DNA of 64,000 nt from a bacterium (GCA_030646995.1 JAUSKF010000005.1:11323-75322), one strand, 5' to 3'. Shown: positions 26,945 to 36,321, numbered from the stretch's first letter. Translations and numbers: made by a program. Notes: generated by a model not told the origin, from the letters alone.

Positions 26945-27574
26945 ATGAACAAGGCAGATCGGCTTAGAGATCTAGAAAAAGAAATTGCGGCGGACAAATC
27001 CCTGCCTCTGCAAGGGGCCAATTTGGTTTTCGGCGAAGGCAATATTAATTGCGCGGTTTTGTTTATCGGGGAAGCTCCGGGGGCCAAAGAAGATGAGTTA
27101 AAAAGACCATTTGTCGGGCGCTCGGGCCAGTTGTTGGATAAAAATTTGGAAAAAATCGGCTGGAAGCGGGCGGATGTGTATATCACTAATATTGTAAAAC
27201 GCCGCCCGCCGGAGAATCGCGACCCATCCCCCAAGGAAATTGCCGCCTACAAACCATATTTAACCAAGCAGATCAAAATTATTCAGCCGAAAATTATTGT
27301 GACCTTGGGGCGGTTCTCAATGAATTATTTTTTACCGGAAGGGAAGATTAGCCGCGATCAAGGGAAAATTTTTTCCGCCGGAGGTTTACCCGCCTATGGC
27401 GGCGCCAAAGGCGACCAGGGCGGATCCTCCTTTGGAGGAGAAGAGTATTTGTTGATGCCCATGTTTCATCCCGCGGCGGCTATGCGCGGCACCAGAGTAA
27501 TGAAGGAATTTGAGAAAACGTTTCGGAGATTGCCGAAGTTAGTTAGGAAGGCGGCCGAGTTACCGAAGAAGTAA
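26945..27574 (+). CDS. Uracil-DNA glycosylase family 4
   Basis: GEAPG, RPFVGRSG, TNIVKRRPPENRDP, FHPAA. Confidence 0.94.
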   Translation: MNKADRLRDLEKEIAADKSLPLQGANLVFGEGNINCAVLFIGEAPGAKEDELKRPFVGRSGQLLDKNLEKIGWKRADVYITNIVKRRPPENRDPSPKEIAAYKPYLTKQIKIIQPKIIVTLGRFSMNYFLPEGKISRDQGKIFSAGGLPAYGGAKGDQGGSSFGGEEYLLMPMFHPAAAMRGTRVMKEFEKTFRRLPKLVRKAAELPKK

Positions 27575-27623
27575 GGGCACTTTAGATATTCGTGAGAGGA
27601 AAAGATTTGTTATAATTTACATT

Positions 27624-28541
27624 ATGGAAAATCCGACACCAAAAACTCCAGAACAACAGATGGATGGGAAAGAAAAGATTGAGAGCGGGATTTGGCAGGC
27701 TGGGGTATTTCAAAAGTTTTCAGGCGAGGTTCGATACGGTGGATCAACTAATCTTTTCAAAGAAGATTTAGGTATGGATCCGAAGGCGGTTGATCTCAAG
27801 CTTTTCGGCAAGACGGATCGGCTTGATCAGGCAATGAAAGAAAAGCGCCGGCCAGCAAGGTTTTTGATAGAACTTCTCGAGAGGGTTGATCCCGATGCCG
27901 ATTCCCATGATATTGTAAAAACCCAACTTCAACACACCAACAAAATTGTCGCGGTTGATGAAGATTTTTTGAAACTTAATCCCAAAGAGAGGATCCAGCA
28001 TACGTTAGCGACGGATGGCCTAATTACCAATATTGAACATCAGCCTTTGTACATATCGGCTGCTGACTGTACCCCAGTGGCTATATATGACCCCGAGAAT
28101 CGAGCGGTGGGACTTTTCCATTCAGGCTGGAAGGGTACGGCCGCTTTGATATCAGTGGAGGGCATAAAACAGATGAGCGAAAAATACGGCACCAAGCCGG
28201 AGAGTTTGGCGGTATCCATTGGCCCGTCAATCGCCCCCGAAGATTTTGAGGTAGATAAGCCGGTATATGATAAATTTTCCGAACATTATTCTCCTGAGGA
28301 GATGGGGCAGTTATTCCAATCTCATTCGGATGGGAAGTATCTGTTAGATGTTCCGAAGGCGATTAAGATTCAATTGGTTAGGGCCGGCGTAAAAGAAGAG
28401 AATATTGAAGTTTCAGAATATTCTACCTCTAGAAATAATGATATTTTCCCATCTGCTAGGAAAACTGGGGGTGTTCAAAATATTGATGCCGCCATATTTC
28501 TTATGAGTCTATCAGGGCGGATTTCTTCGGAGACGAAGTAG
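27624..28541 (+). CDS. PgeF/YfiH (laccase-domain) family protein
   Basis: Q.HTN, DGLIT, AADCTP, HSGWKG, IGPSI. Confidence 0.88.
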   Translation: MENPTPKTPEQQMDGKEKIESGIWQAGVFQKFSGEVRYGGSTNLFKEDLGMDPKAVDLKLFGKTDRLDQAMKEKRRPARFLIELLERVDPDADSHDIVKTQLQHTNKIVAVDEDFLKLNPKERIQHTLATDGLITNIEHQPLYISAADCTPVAIYDPENRAVGLFHSGWKGTAALISVEGIKQMSEKYGTKPESLAVSIGPSIAPEDFEVDKPVYDKFSEHYSPEEMGQLFQSHSDGKYLLDVPKAIKIQLVRAGVKEENIEVSEYSTSRNNDIFPSARKTGGVQNIDAAIFLMSLSGRISSETK

Positions 28542-28610
28542 GAGAGCCTTAACTGTTGCTTTTTGTCGGGAAAGGATTATAAATAAGCAGGAACTTTCGG
28601 AGCGATAATC

Positions 28611-29084
28611 ATGAAGGTCAGCCTCTCGGAAAAAGGCGGAATGCCGAACGGCGTTCGCAATTTCATGCAGGCCGTTCTGTTCGTTGCCGGTGGCGCCTGC
28701 GCTCAAGCCGGATATTGGTGGTGGTTTGTGACGTTGATGATGGCAGGCACCGCGCTGTTCGGCGTGAACGTGGTTCATTATTTCAAGGATAATTATTTGC
28801 GTGGCTATCAGGATGGTCACGAAGAAGGTCTGTTGGCGCGAGGATTGCCCGCTCCGGAGGCTAATATGATTGAGGGTGCATATCGGGTATTGGCTAGCAC
28901 GCAACTCGGCGATTCTTGGATGGTTCTACTTGAGGATGCACATTTAGAGGGCCGAGAGCCGCGTCTCTATAAAATGAAAGTACTGCCTCCTAGTACTTTC
29001 CGGAAGGAAAGATGGGCAGATCCCAACAATGCTGATCCCGGAGCATTTGTTCCCGGATATGCGCAGATGAAGGAAACGGTATGA
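28611..29084 (+). CDS. Orphan membrane protein
   Basis: Two N-terminal hydrophobic segments; GGAG SD; terminator 29091-29116. Confidence 0.7.
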   Translation: MKVSLSEKGGMPNGVRNFMQAVLFVAGGACAQAGYWWWFVTLMMAGTALFGVNVVHYFKDNYLRGYQDGHEEGLLARGLPAPEANMIEGAYRVLASTQLGDSWMVLLEDAHLEGREPRLYKMKVLPPSTFRKERWADPNNADPGAFVPGYAQMKETV

Positions 29085-29148
29085 ATGAGCAAAGTCCCCC
29101 CAAGGGGGCTTTTTTATTTGTATTCAGAAAAGACTTATACTATAAGTA

Positions 29149-29496
29149 ATGTCTTTTTCGCTTGTTTATCTCGCTCATCAATTTTTATATCGGATATACG
29201 AATTTCTAAGGCACTGGTATGTCGGTGGTTTTTTAACAATCACCCACCGGACTTTGGCAGTCTTGGAGAATCTGGACCAGACCCTAGCTCTTTGGGTTAC
29301 CTTCAAATATATTTTCCGGCCTCTCTATCAGGACTATAGCGTCATCGGATATGTTCTCGGTTTTATTTTCCGGATTACCCGCTTGTTTATGGGTGGCTTG
29401 GTTTATTTGATAATTGTCGCAGTTGCCATGGTAATTTATCTGGCCTGGGCGGGTTTGCCAATATACATAGCAGCTAAAGGACTTTCTTTAATTTAA
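29149..29496 (+). CDS. Small membrane protein coupled to Clp ATPase
   Basis: Hydrophobic ORF, TAATG overlap with next gene. Confidence 0.75.
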   Translation: MSFSLVYLAHQFLYRIYEFLRHWYVGGFLTITHRTLAVLENLDQTLALWVTFKYIFRPLYQDYSVIGYVLGFIFRITRLFMGGLVYLIIVAVAMVIYLAWAGLPIYIAAKGLSLI

Positions 29497-32003
29497 TGAG
29501 AAACCGTGAAGTAGAAATATATTTTGATGAGCCGAGGCTGAAGATGACTTTGGCCGGCCGGTTGTTCGTTCGAGTCTGTGTTTACGCCGGTAATGCCGTT
29601 CTGATAGTGGCAGCAGCTTTGTTTCTGTCGGAAGATGTGCCGGAATTAAAAGCCGCCGGAGCATTACTGACTTTGTTTCTACTCGATCGTTTTCGCACCT
29701 TCAATCATGCCGAGAGATTTTTGACCCGCTTACCCGTAGGGCGAATCAATGCGGCTCGCTATATCCCGCCGTCTTCCTATGCCGCGATAGAATGGGCCGC
29801 TGATCGGTCCATTTTTGCCGGAGGCAATGTTTATCTCTATTTGCTGAAGAAGCTCGCCTCCCGTAAAGAGATTGCGGAGGGTTTACTGCGGATGGATATA
29901 GCTGTTGTTGATTTGGAATCTCAAATTGAAAAGATTGCGTCCGCCTCCGGAAATATTAAAGAAACCAAGGACGTGATTTTGGGAAAGATCGGGATTTTGG
30001 TCGGGAAGGCTTTTGATGAGGCGATGCAGACCTCCAGCGCCGAGATAGAGCCGAAAGATTTTTTTGCCGCATTAGATAATTTAGGCGATCCGGATCTTGA
30101 TAAGATATTTCAATTCTTTGATGTGGACAAGGGTGATTTGGAGAGCGCTTTACTGGCCAGCCGGTTCCGCTCTTCGTTTTCTGGGTTGACCAGAATGCCC
30201 GCTAGCTTAGTTGGTCTTATGAGCCGTCCGCATCGCTCCCGTCATCGGATAATGAACCGCGCTTGGACTGCCCGACCTACCCCATTTTTGGACCAATTTT
30301 CCAGAGATCTCACCGACTTAGCCCGTTCCGAGCAGGTTGGGTTCCTGATTGGCCATGCTAACGAATACGATCGCTTAGTGGACGTGCTGGCGCGCCCCGG
30401 TCGGCCAAATGCTTTGTTGATAGGTGAGGCGGGCTCCGGAAAATCCACTTTGGTGGCGCATTTAGCATTTGAGATGATTAAAGACAGGGTTCCGGCGCCG
30501 CTTTTTGATAAGCGGCTGGTGGAGTTAGAGATTGGAAGTCTGGTTTCCGGAGCGGCCGATGAAGAATTACAGAACCGAGTGAATCGGATAATTAATGAAA
30601 TTGTGCTGGCGGGAAACATTATTTTATATATTCCTGATATGCATAATCTGGCACGTACTTCCGGGCAGGGCAAAATGAATGCGGCAGATATTTTACTCCC
30701 CGCCATAAAAGGCGACGCCTTTTCGGTGATTGGCGCAACCTCTCCTCGGGAGTTCAAGCAATATTTGGAAGCGAGTAGTGATTTGGTCAGCGGTTTCGAA
30801 AATATTAAAGTTCAGGAAATAAGCGAGGCTGAGGCCGTGCAGTTTCTGGTTTATGAAAGCTTGATTTTGGAGCGAGAATTTAAAACAGTAATCAGCTTTT
30901 CCGCCTTGAAGGAAGCGACTAAGCTGGCGCATCAATATTTCCGGGATAAAATGCTTCCTGCGAGCGCCGAAGATTTATTGAAAGAATCATTGGCCGATTC
31001 GGTGAGTAAAAAGAAGAAAATTCTTACGGCAGAGGATGTGGTGGCAGTGGCAGAAAAGAAGGTGAACGTGCCGATCCACAAAGCGGGCAAGGCGGAAGCG
31101 GAGCAGTTGTTGAATTTGGAAGAGCTTATTCATGAGCGGATGGTGGATCAGGTAGAAGCAGTGGGGGCGGTGGCGCGCTCATTGCGGGAGTATCGTAGCG
31201 GGTTGAGCCGAAAAGGAGGCCCGATTGCCACCTTTTTGTTCGTTGGCCCGACTGGTGTGGGCAAGACCGAACTTTCGAAAATTTTAGCTAAAGTTCAATT
31301 TGGCTCAAAAGAAGAGATGATACGTCTGGATATGTCTGAATATCAGGAAAAATCCAGCATTTCCCGGTTGATTGGTTCCGCTGACGGTGGCGTTTCCGGA
31401 GTTTTGACCGGAGCCATTGCGGAAAAGCCGTACTCTTTGATTCTTTTGGATGAGTTTGAGAAGGCGCACCCTGATATTTTAAATTTGTTCTTGCAGGTTT
31501 TTGATGATGGTCGTTTAACTGATAGCGTAGGCCGCACTATGGATTTTCAAAATACGATTATTATTGCCACCAGCAATGCCAATTCGGAATTTATAAAGAC
31601 GCAGATTGAAGCGGGGGTGGCAGTAAAAGAAATCTCGGAACAATTGAAAAAGAAACTGACGGAGCACTTTAAGCCGGAGTTGCTCAACCGCTTTTCAGGC
31701 ATTGTTGTTTTCAAACCGCTCTCACCGGAAGACATTGCGGCAATCACCGTGATTCAATTAGGAGACCTAGCCGCCACCTTGAGAGAGAATCAGGGTATCG
31801 ATTTATCGTTTGATTCGGCAGTAATTTCGGAAATTGCTCGATTGGGCTATGATCCGGTTTTTGGAGCCCGCCCGTTGAGGGGGGTGATCTCCGAGAAATT
31901 AAAGGGAGTCTTATCGGAGAAGATATTGAAAGGAGAGGTTAAAAAAGGAGATAATATAAAGATAGATTTCAAATCCGAAAGATTTGAAATAGTTAAAAGT
32001 TAA
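29496..32003 (+). CDS. ClpA/B/C-family double AAA+ ATPase with N-terminal TM helices
   Basis: GEAGSGKS, GPTGVGKTE, RLDMSEYQ, LLDEFEKAHP, GARPLR. Confidence 0.92.
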   Translation: MRNREVEIYFDEPRLKMTLAGRLFVRVCVYAGNAVLIVAAALFLSEDVPELKAAGALLTLFLLDRFRTFNHAERFLTRLPVGRINAARYIPPSSYAAIEWAADRSIFAGGNVYLYLLKKLASRKEIAEGLLRMDIAVVDLESQIEKIASASGNIKETKDVILGKIGILVGKAFDEAMQTSSAEIEPKDFFAALDNLGDPDLDKIFQFFDVDKGDLESALLASRFRSSFSGLTRMPASLVGLMSRPHRSRHRIMNRAWTARPTPFLDQFSRDLTDLARSEQVGFLIGHANEYDRLVDVLARPGRPNALLIGEAGSGKSTLVAHLAFEMIKDRVPAPLFDKRLVELEIGSLVSGAADEELQNRVNRIINEIVLAGNIILYIPDMHNLARTSGQGKMNAADILLPAIKGDAFSVIGATSPREFKQYLEASSDLVSGFENIKVQEISEAEAVQFLVYESLILEREFKTVISFSALKEATKLAHQYFRDKMLPASAEDLLKESLADSVSKKKKILTAEDVVAVAEKKVNVPIHKAGKAEAEQLLNLEELIHERMVDQVEAVGAVARSLREYRSGLSRKGGPIATFLFVGPTGVGKTELSKILAKVQFGSKEEMIRLDMSEYQEKSSISRLIGSADGGVSGVLTGAIAEKPYSLILLDEFEKAHPDILNLFLQVFDDGRLTDSVGRTMDFQNTIIIATSNANSEFIKTQIEAGVAVKEISEQLKKKLTEHFKPELLNRFSGIVVFKPLSPEDIAAITVIQLGDLAATLRENQGIDLSFDSAVISEIARLGYDPVFGARPLRGVISEKLKGVLSEKILKGEVKKGDNIKIDFKSERFEIVKS

Positions 32004-32016
32004 AGGCTATAAAGTT

Positions 32017-32649
32017 ATGTTCAAGAATATAAATCCTGTAGTAAAAATTTTCGTTATTGCCGATTTCTTTTACAACGCGGCCTTTGCCTCGTTTGCTCCC
32101 GTATTCGCTATCTTCATTACCGGGCAGATTGCCGGTGGATCGGCGAGTGTGGCTGGATTCGCTACTGCATCGTTTTGGGTAGTGAAATCCATTTTTCAGC
32201 TACCAGTAGCCAGATTCTTGGATCGCACCGACGGTGAGCGGGATGATTTTTGGGCGATGTGGGCGGGATATTTTTTTACAGGCTTTATACCGATAGCTTA
32301 TATTTTCGCGACCGAGCCGTGGCATCTGTATCTTATTCAGGGTGTGTATGGATTCTTGATGGCTTGGCTGGTGCCGGCTTGGTATTCAATTTTCACCCGC
32401 CACGTCGATAAATGGAGAATCAGTTTTGAGTGGAGTTTGGAAAGCGTTTTTTCTGTAGGAATGGCTACGGCGGCTGCGGCAGCGCTTGGTGGGTATTTGG
32501 TAGATACATTCAGTTTCCAGTTTGTATTCCTGGCCTCCGGTCTTACCGCAATACTTTCATCTTTTATGATTTTGCTGGTTCGGCGTCATCTCTTGCCTCA
32601 AGGTCATCAAGAAAGAATTTTCCCGGAGAAGCATCATGGAACCCGTTAG
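32017..32649 (+). CDS. MFS-type half transporter
   Basis: Six TM segments, FQLPVARFLDR. Confidence 0.75.
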   Translation: MFKNINPVVKIFVIADFFYNAAFASFAPVFAIFITGQIAGGSASVAGFATASFWVVKSIFQLPVARFLDRTDGERDDFWAMWAGYFFTGFIPIAYIFATEPWHLYLIQGVYGFLMAWLVPAWYSIFTRHVDKWRISFEWSLESVFSVGMATAAAAALGGYLVDTFSFQFVFLASGLTAILSSFMILLVRRHLLPQGHQERIFPEKHHGTR

Positions 32650-33280
32650 CGGATTTTTTGGTTTTGTAACTGAATATGGCTACCTAGCCGTTTTTTTATT
32701 GGTCTTTATCCAAGAGCTGGGAATTCCGACCGTTCCGAATGAGTTAATTTTAATTTTCGCCGGAGCCCTGACTACTATTGGCGAATTAGATTTTTGGGCG
32801 ATGTTCTGGATAACAGTAGCGGCCGATGTGATTGGCACCAGCATTCTTTATTTCATCTTTTACTTTTTTGAGAAGAAGATTATGGAGAGAATCCCCAAAT
32901 GGCTTCCCATCAATCATTATCTCGACAAAATAAAAGCGAAAATAGAGAAACATGATAAATGGGCGATATTTATCGGTAGGATGTTGCCTTATGGCCGCGG
33001 CTACGTTTCTGCCGCTGCCGGTATCCTGAATATTTCTTATCGGACATTTTTGCCGATGGTCGTACTGTCGGCGATTATCTGGACAGGAGGTTATGTAACA
33101 CTTGGGCATTTCTTGGGCTACCAATGGAAGCACGTGGCGGATTTTGTGGCGGGCTATCAGTGGGTAGTGGTAGTCGCTTTCCTCATAGTTGTAATCGGGT
33201 GGGTTTATTGGAGCCATCGAAAAAAGAAGGCGGCTGATGTAAAATTAAACAATGGATCACAAGCCAACGACCCCAAGTAG
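32636..33280 (+). CDS. DedA family protein
   Basis: E.GIP.VPNE...IFAG, GRMLP..R..VSAAAG. Confidence 0.9.
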   Translation: MEPVSGFFGFVTEYGYLAVFLLVFIQELGIPTVPNELILIFAGALTTIGELDFWAMFWITVAADVIGTSILYFIFYFFEKKIMERIPKWLPINHYLDKIKAKIEKHDKWAIFIGRMLPYGRGYVSAAAGILNISYRTFLPMVVLSAIIWTGGYVTLGHFLGYQWKHVADFVAGYQWVVVVAFLIVVIGWVYWSHRKKKAADVKLNNGSQANDPK

Positions 33281-33785
33281 GGATAACTCAAAAAAGATTA
33301 TTTCGGCTGGGATAATTATTTTCCGGAAAACCGGCGAGGGGTACAAATTTTTGTTGCTTTATCACGGCCGGAATTATTGGAATTTTGCCAAGGGAAAGCT
33401 GGAGGCCTCCGAGCGGAGTTGGCAGGCGGCTTTGCGGGAAGTGCGGGAAGAGACCGGCTTGAAAGCGACCGAGTTGAAATTCGTGGAAAACTTCAAAGCT
33501 TATGAACGGTTCTTCTTAAGCAGGGGGAAAGAGAAAATACTCAAGATTGTTATTTTATATCTGGCGGAGACTCGCCAACCCAACGTGACCGTGTCGTTTG
33601 AGCATGAGGGATATGCGTGGTTCACTTTCAGTGAAGCAAAAAAAGTGATGGCTCGTTATCCGGATAACATTAAAATTCTTACCACTGCTTACGATTTTTT
33701 AAAGAAAAACCAATTATCCCACGCTAAAGCGAACAGTACCTTACCCGCAGCTTCAGTTATTAAGCCGCCAGAGCATAAGAAATAA
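33252..33785 (+). CDS. NUDIX hydrolase (Ap4A hydrolase-like)
   Basis: SAG, WNFAKG.LE, AALREVREETGL, EHEGYAW. Confidence 0.9.
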   Translation: MDHKPTTPSRDNSKKIISAGIIIFRKTGEGYKFLLLYHGRNYWNFAKGKLEASERSWQAALREVREETGLKATELKFVENFKAYERFFLSRGKEKILKIVILYLAETRQPNVTVSFEHEGYAWFTFSEAKKVMARYPDNIKILTTAYDFLKKNQLSHAKANSTLPAASVIKPPEHKK

Positions 33786-33821
33786 GCTATAATTTCATTA
33801 GTCCTTAGGAAGGGGGTTCCA

Positions 33822-34103
33822 GTGATCATTCGTATAGTGTTCACCAAGCCCCTGCATCGGATGGATCTGGGGGATGTGATATTGTCCGGTTTGACGCCCG
33901 ATGACGCTTCTCTTTTTCCCGACAAGTACTTGGTTGCAGGTCTTGAAGGAGAGACTGCGCTGGTCTTGGTCGAAGGATTCAATATGAGCGAAGTAGAAAA
34001 AGCTTTGGTCTTTAATAAGGATAAGGCTTTTGGTACTTCGGTGAGTAAGATGATGATAGATCACGTAGAAGATCTTAAGACAGAAACACGGTTATATCCA
34101 TAA
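33822..34103 (+). CDS. Orphan hypothetical protein
   Basis: TATAAT, AAGGGGG SD before GTG, terminator 34110-34134. Confidence 0.6.
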   Translation: MIIRIVFTKPLHRMDLGDVILSGLTPDDASLFPDKYLVAGLEGETALVLVEGFNMSEVEKALVFNKDKAFGTSVSKMMIDHVEDLKTETRLYP

Positions 34104-34157
34104 ACAAAAAAACCGCCTAATGGCGGTCTTTTTTCTATTTATAGCGAGCTAGCCGAG

Positions 34158-34502
34158 TTATTTTACCTTCTCTATGATTTGCGCAAAGATCTTCGGTTCG
34201 TTTTCGGCAAGATCAGCCATAATCTTTCTATCAAGTTTCACGTTGGCCTTTTTCAGAGCGGCGATCAGCTGGCTGTATTTAATTCCCAGCGGGCGGGAAG
34301 CGGCGCCGATTTTTACATTCCAAAGAGTGCGGAAATCGCGCTTCTTTTGTTTGCGGCCTTGGAAGGCGTGCGTCCAAGCATGTAGAAGAGCTTCTTTAGC
34401 CGCCGCTTCTTTAGCTTTTCGGCCCCACATAAACCCCTTAGTGTATTTAAGAAGGGCTTTTCTTTTTTTGTGGGCAATTGTACCGCGCTTAACTCTTGTC
34501 AT
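34158..34502 (-). CDS. rplT: 50S ribosomal protein L20
   Basis: MTRVKRG, GRKQKKRDFRTLW, LDRKIMADLA. Confidence 0.97.
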   Translation of the reverse strand: MTRVKRGTIAHKKRKALLKYTKGFMWGRKAKEAAAKEALLHAWTHAFQGRKQKKRDFRTLWNVKIGAASRPLGIKYSQLIAALKKANVKLDRKIMADLAENEPKIFAQIIEKVK

Positions 34503-34506
34503 ATTG

Positions 34507-34541
34507 TTAGTAGTTAGTTCTTAGTAATTAGTTGTTAGTTA
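34507..34541. repeat. 7-mer array filling the rpmI-rplT spacer
   Basis: TTAGTAG TTAGTTC TTAGTAA TTAGTTG TTAGTTA. Confidence 0.85.
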
Positions 34542-34709
34542 AAGGTATTTCTTAAACATCTTTAAGTCAACCGAGCTGACTTGGCTGTCGGTTTTGCGGC
34601 GTAGCTGTCTGGAGCTCTTTTTCGCTTTGAAATGGTTAAGACCCATCCGGCGCTTTATAAGCTTTCCGGTTCCGGTGACTTTAATTCTTTCTCGTACGCT
34701 ATGTCTCAT
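34539..34709 (-). CDS. rpmI: 50S ribosomal protein L35
   Basis: Manual translation MRHSVRERIKVTGTGKLIKRRMGLNHFKAKKS...; lies between infC and rplT. Confidence 0.9.
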   Translation of the reverse strand: MRHSVRERIKVTGTGKLIKRRMGLNHFKAKKSSRQLRRKTDSQVSSVDLKMFKKYL

Positions 34710-34717
34710 ATTTTTGT

Positions 34718-35221
34718 TTATTTTTTTGCTACTTGCATATAGATTCCTCGTCCTCCATCTTTCGCCGAAGTAATCACTTTATGTTCAGGTTCGATCATTT
34801 TCACGAAGCCGGCCAGTTTTTCTCGGGCAAAATCCTTGTTGGCCTTTTCTCTGCCGCGAAGCACCATCACAATCTCTACCTGATGACCTTCTTCCATGAA
34901 TTTATTCACGCGGCCTGCCTTCATTTCCAAATCGTGTGGCGCCTCTTTTGGGCTAATCTGCACCTGCTTCAGCTCTTGGGATTTCTGTTGAGCTTTTTGC
35001 TTCTTGAGCTTCTTTTCCTGCTGGTAGCGGAACTTATCATAGCTCATTATCCGGGCTACCGGAGGCTTGGCATTGGGGGCAATCTCAATGAGGTCGAGTT
35101 TCTTCTCAAGAGAGAGCTTTAGGGCGTCGGTCGTCTTCATTTTGCCCAACGGCTTTCCCTCCTCGTCGATTACCATCAACTCAGAAGCTTTTATTTGGTT
35201 GTTTATGCGTGAACTTTGGAT
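34718..35221 (-). CDS. infC: Translation initiation factor IF-3 (probable non-canonical ATC start)
   Basis: RINNQI, LDLIEIAPNAKPPVARIM, LRGRE; no ATG/GTG/TTG near the expected N-terminus. Confidence 0.93.
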   Translation of the reverse strand: MQSSRINNQIKASELMVIDEEGKPLGKMKTTDALKLSLEKKLDLIEIAPNAKPPVARIMSYDKFRYQQEKKLKKQKAQQKSQELKQVQISPKEAPHDLEMKAGRVNKFMEEGHQVEIVMVLRGREKANKDFAREKLAGFVKMIEPEHKVITSAKDGGRGIYMQVAKK

Positions 35222-35264
35222 AGGTAGAAATATAGCAGAAAAACGGTTATTAGGCAATAGTCTC

Positions 35265-35406
35265 GGGCGCATTGCTTCTCGGACACAGAATAACCCCGCT
35301 CCAACGGCGGGGTTTTCTTCTCTCTCGGTGGTTGTTCGTTCGTAAAACAGACAACGAACGAGCCAAGCCCAACCGCCTCCGAGATGTTCCTTAAAGCAAC
35401 GCGCCC
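35265..35406 (-). other. Repeated structured element with covariation, copy A
   Basis: Homologous to 47697-47821: GGAACATCYCGGAGGCGGTT...TCGTTCGTT...CGAACGA...GAAGAAAA[hairpin]TTATTCTGT. Confidence 0.75.
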
Positions 35407-35474
35407 TCATTTTTTTCTTGCGAAAATAAGAATACCGTTTTATCATGGCGGGAGTTGTTTGAGAGGGTAAGGTA

Positions 35475-36155
35475 ATGGGTTGGCCTAGGAAGTTGGTATT
35501 GGTGCGGCATGCGCAATCTACCGGGAATTTACTTACAGTAGAACAGCGAGCGGATTTGCCGGAGCCGGCTCATGAATACGAGCTTACGGAGTTAGGGTGC
35601 CAGCAGGCAGAAATTACCGGGTTGTATCTGAAAAAGAGATTTTGCGAGTTTGACGCTTGTTTTTCCTCTCACTATCTTCGAGCGCGCCAGACTTTGGCGA
35701 TTGCCATGCCTAATGCTAAGGCGATCGAAGATTCCCGGTTAGCGGAAGCTCAGCGAGGCATCTGGCATCGGATGAATAAAGAGAAAGTTTGCCAACTTTA
35801 CCCAGGAGAGGTTGAACGAAGAGAGCAGGAAGACCTCTATCAGTATCGCCCGATTGGCGGGGAAAACTGGCCAGATATCGAAATGCGAATCCATAGCTTC
35901 CGTCAGTCGCTTTTCTTGGAGCATGACGATGAAAAGGTTTTGGCTATCGTGCATGGCAATTGGTTTAATCTTTTCCAGAAAGTGAACGATGGCCTAACCG
36001 CAGAGGAAGTGTTGCATCGTTATAAATTGGATAATCACGGAGTAGTCGACAACGCTTCGGTTACGATTTATCGGGGGAAGTCCGTTAACGGAAAGCCCCG
36101 ATTGGTACTTGAAGAAGAAAATATCGTTCCCTGGCGAGTGCTGGAAGAAATTTAA
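35475..36155 (+). CDS. Histidine phosphatase family protein
   Basis: LVRHAQS, SHYLRARQT, GGE, VHG. Confidence 0.9.
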   Translation: MGWPRKLVLVRHAQSTGNLLTVEQRADLPEPAHEYELTELGCQQAEITGLYLKKRFCEFDACFSSHYLRARQTLAIAMPNAKAIEDSRLAEAQRGIWHRMNKEKVCQLYPGEVERREQEDLYQYRPIGGENWPDIEMRIHSFRQSLFLEHDDEKVLAIVHGNWFNLFQKVNDGLTAEEVLHRYKLDNHGVVDNASVTIYRGKSVNGKPRLVLEEENIVPWRVLEEI

Positions 36156-36179
36156 AACCGGGCTCAAATAGCCCGGATT

Positions 36180-36297
36180 TTTTTACCTGTTGCTCAAAAT
36201 TTTCAATTCGCAGAAGCAGAAAATTTTGCGTGCAACAGCAATCCTGAGCGCAGCCCGGTGCCAAAATATTTTGGCACCGGGCGTAGCGTAGGATTAC
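36180..36297. repeat. Dispersed ~118-bp two-hairpin element, copy 2
   Basis: Reverse complement of 2623-2740. Confidence 0.9.
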
Positions 36298-36321
36298 CTT
36301 GATGTGCGGCGAAGCTAGTAA

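Noticed and set aside
35265-35406. L20 leader of the infC operon
   Set aside because: It lies upstream of the apparent infC promoter and has a homologous copy after ileS
35222-35446. N-terminal extension of IF-3 in the ORF track
   Set aside because: It spans a structured repeat and the infC promoter, with no IF-3 similarity
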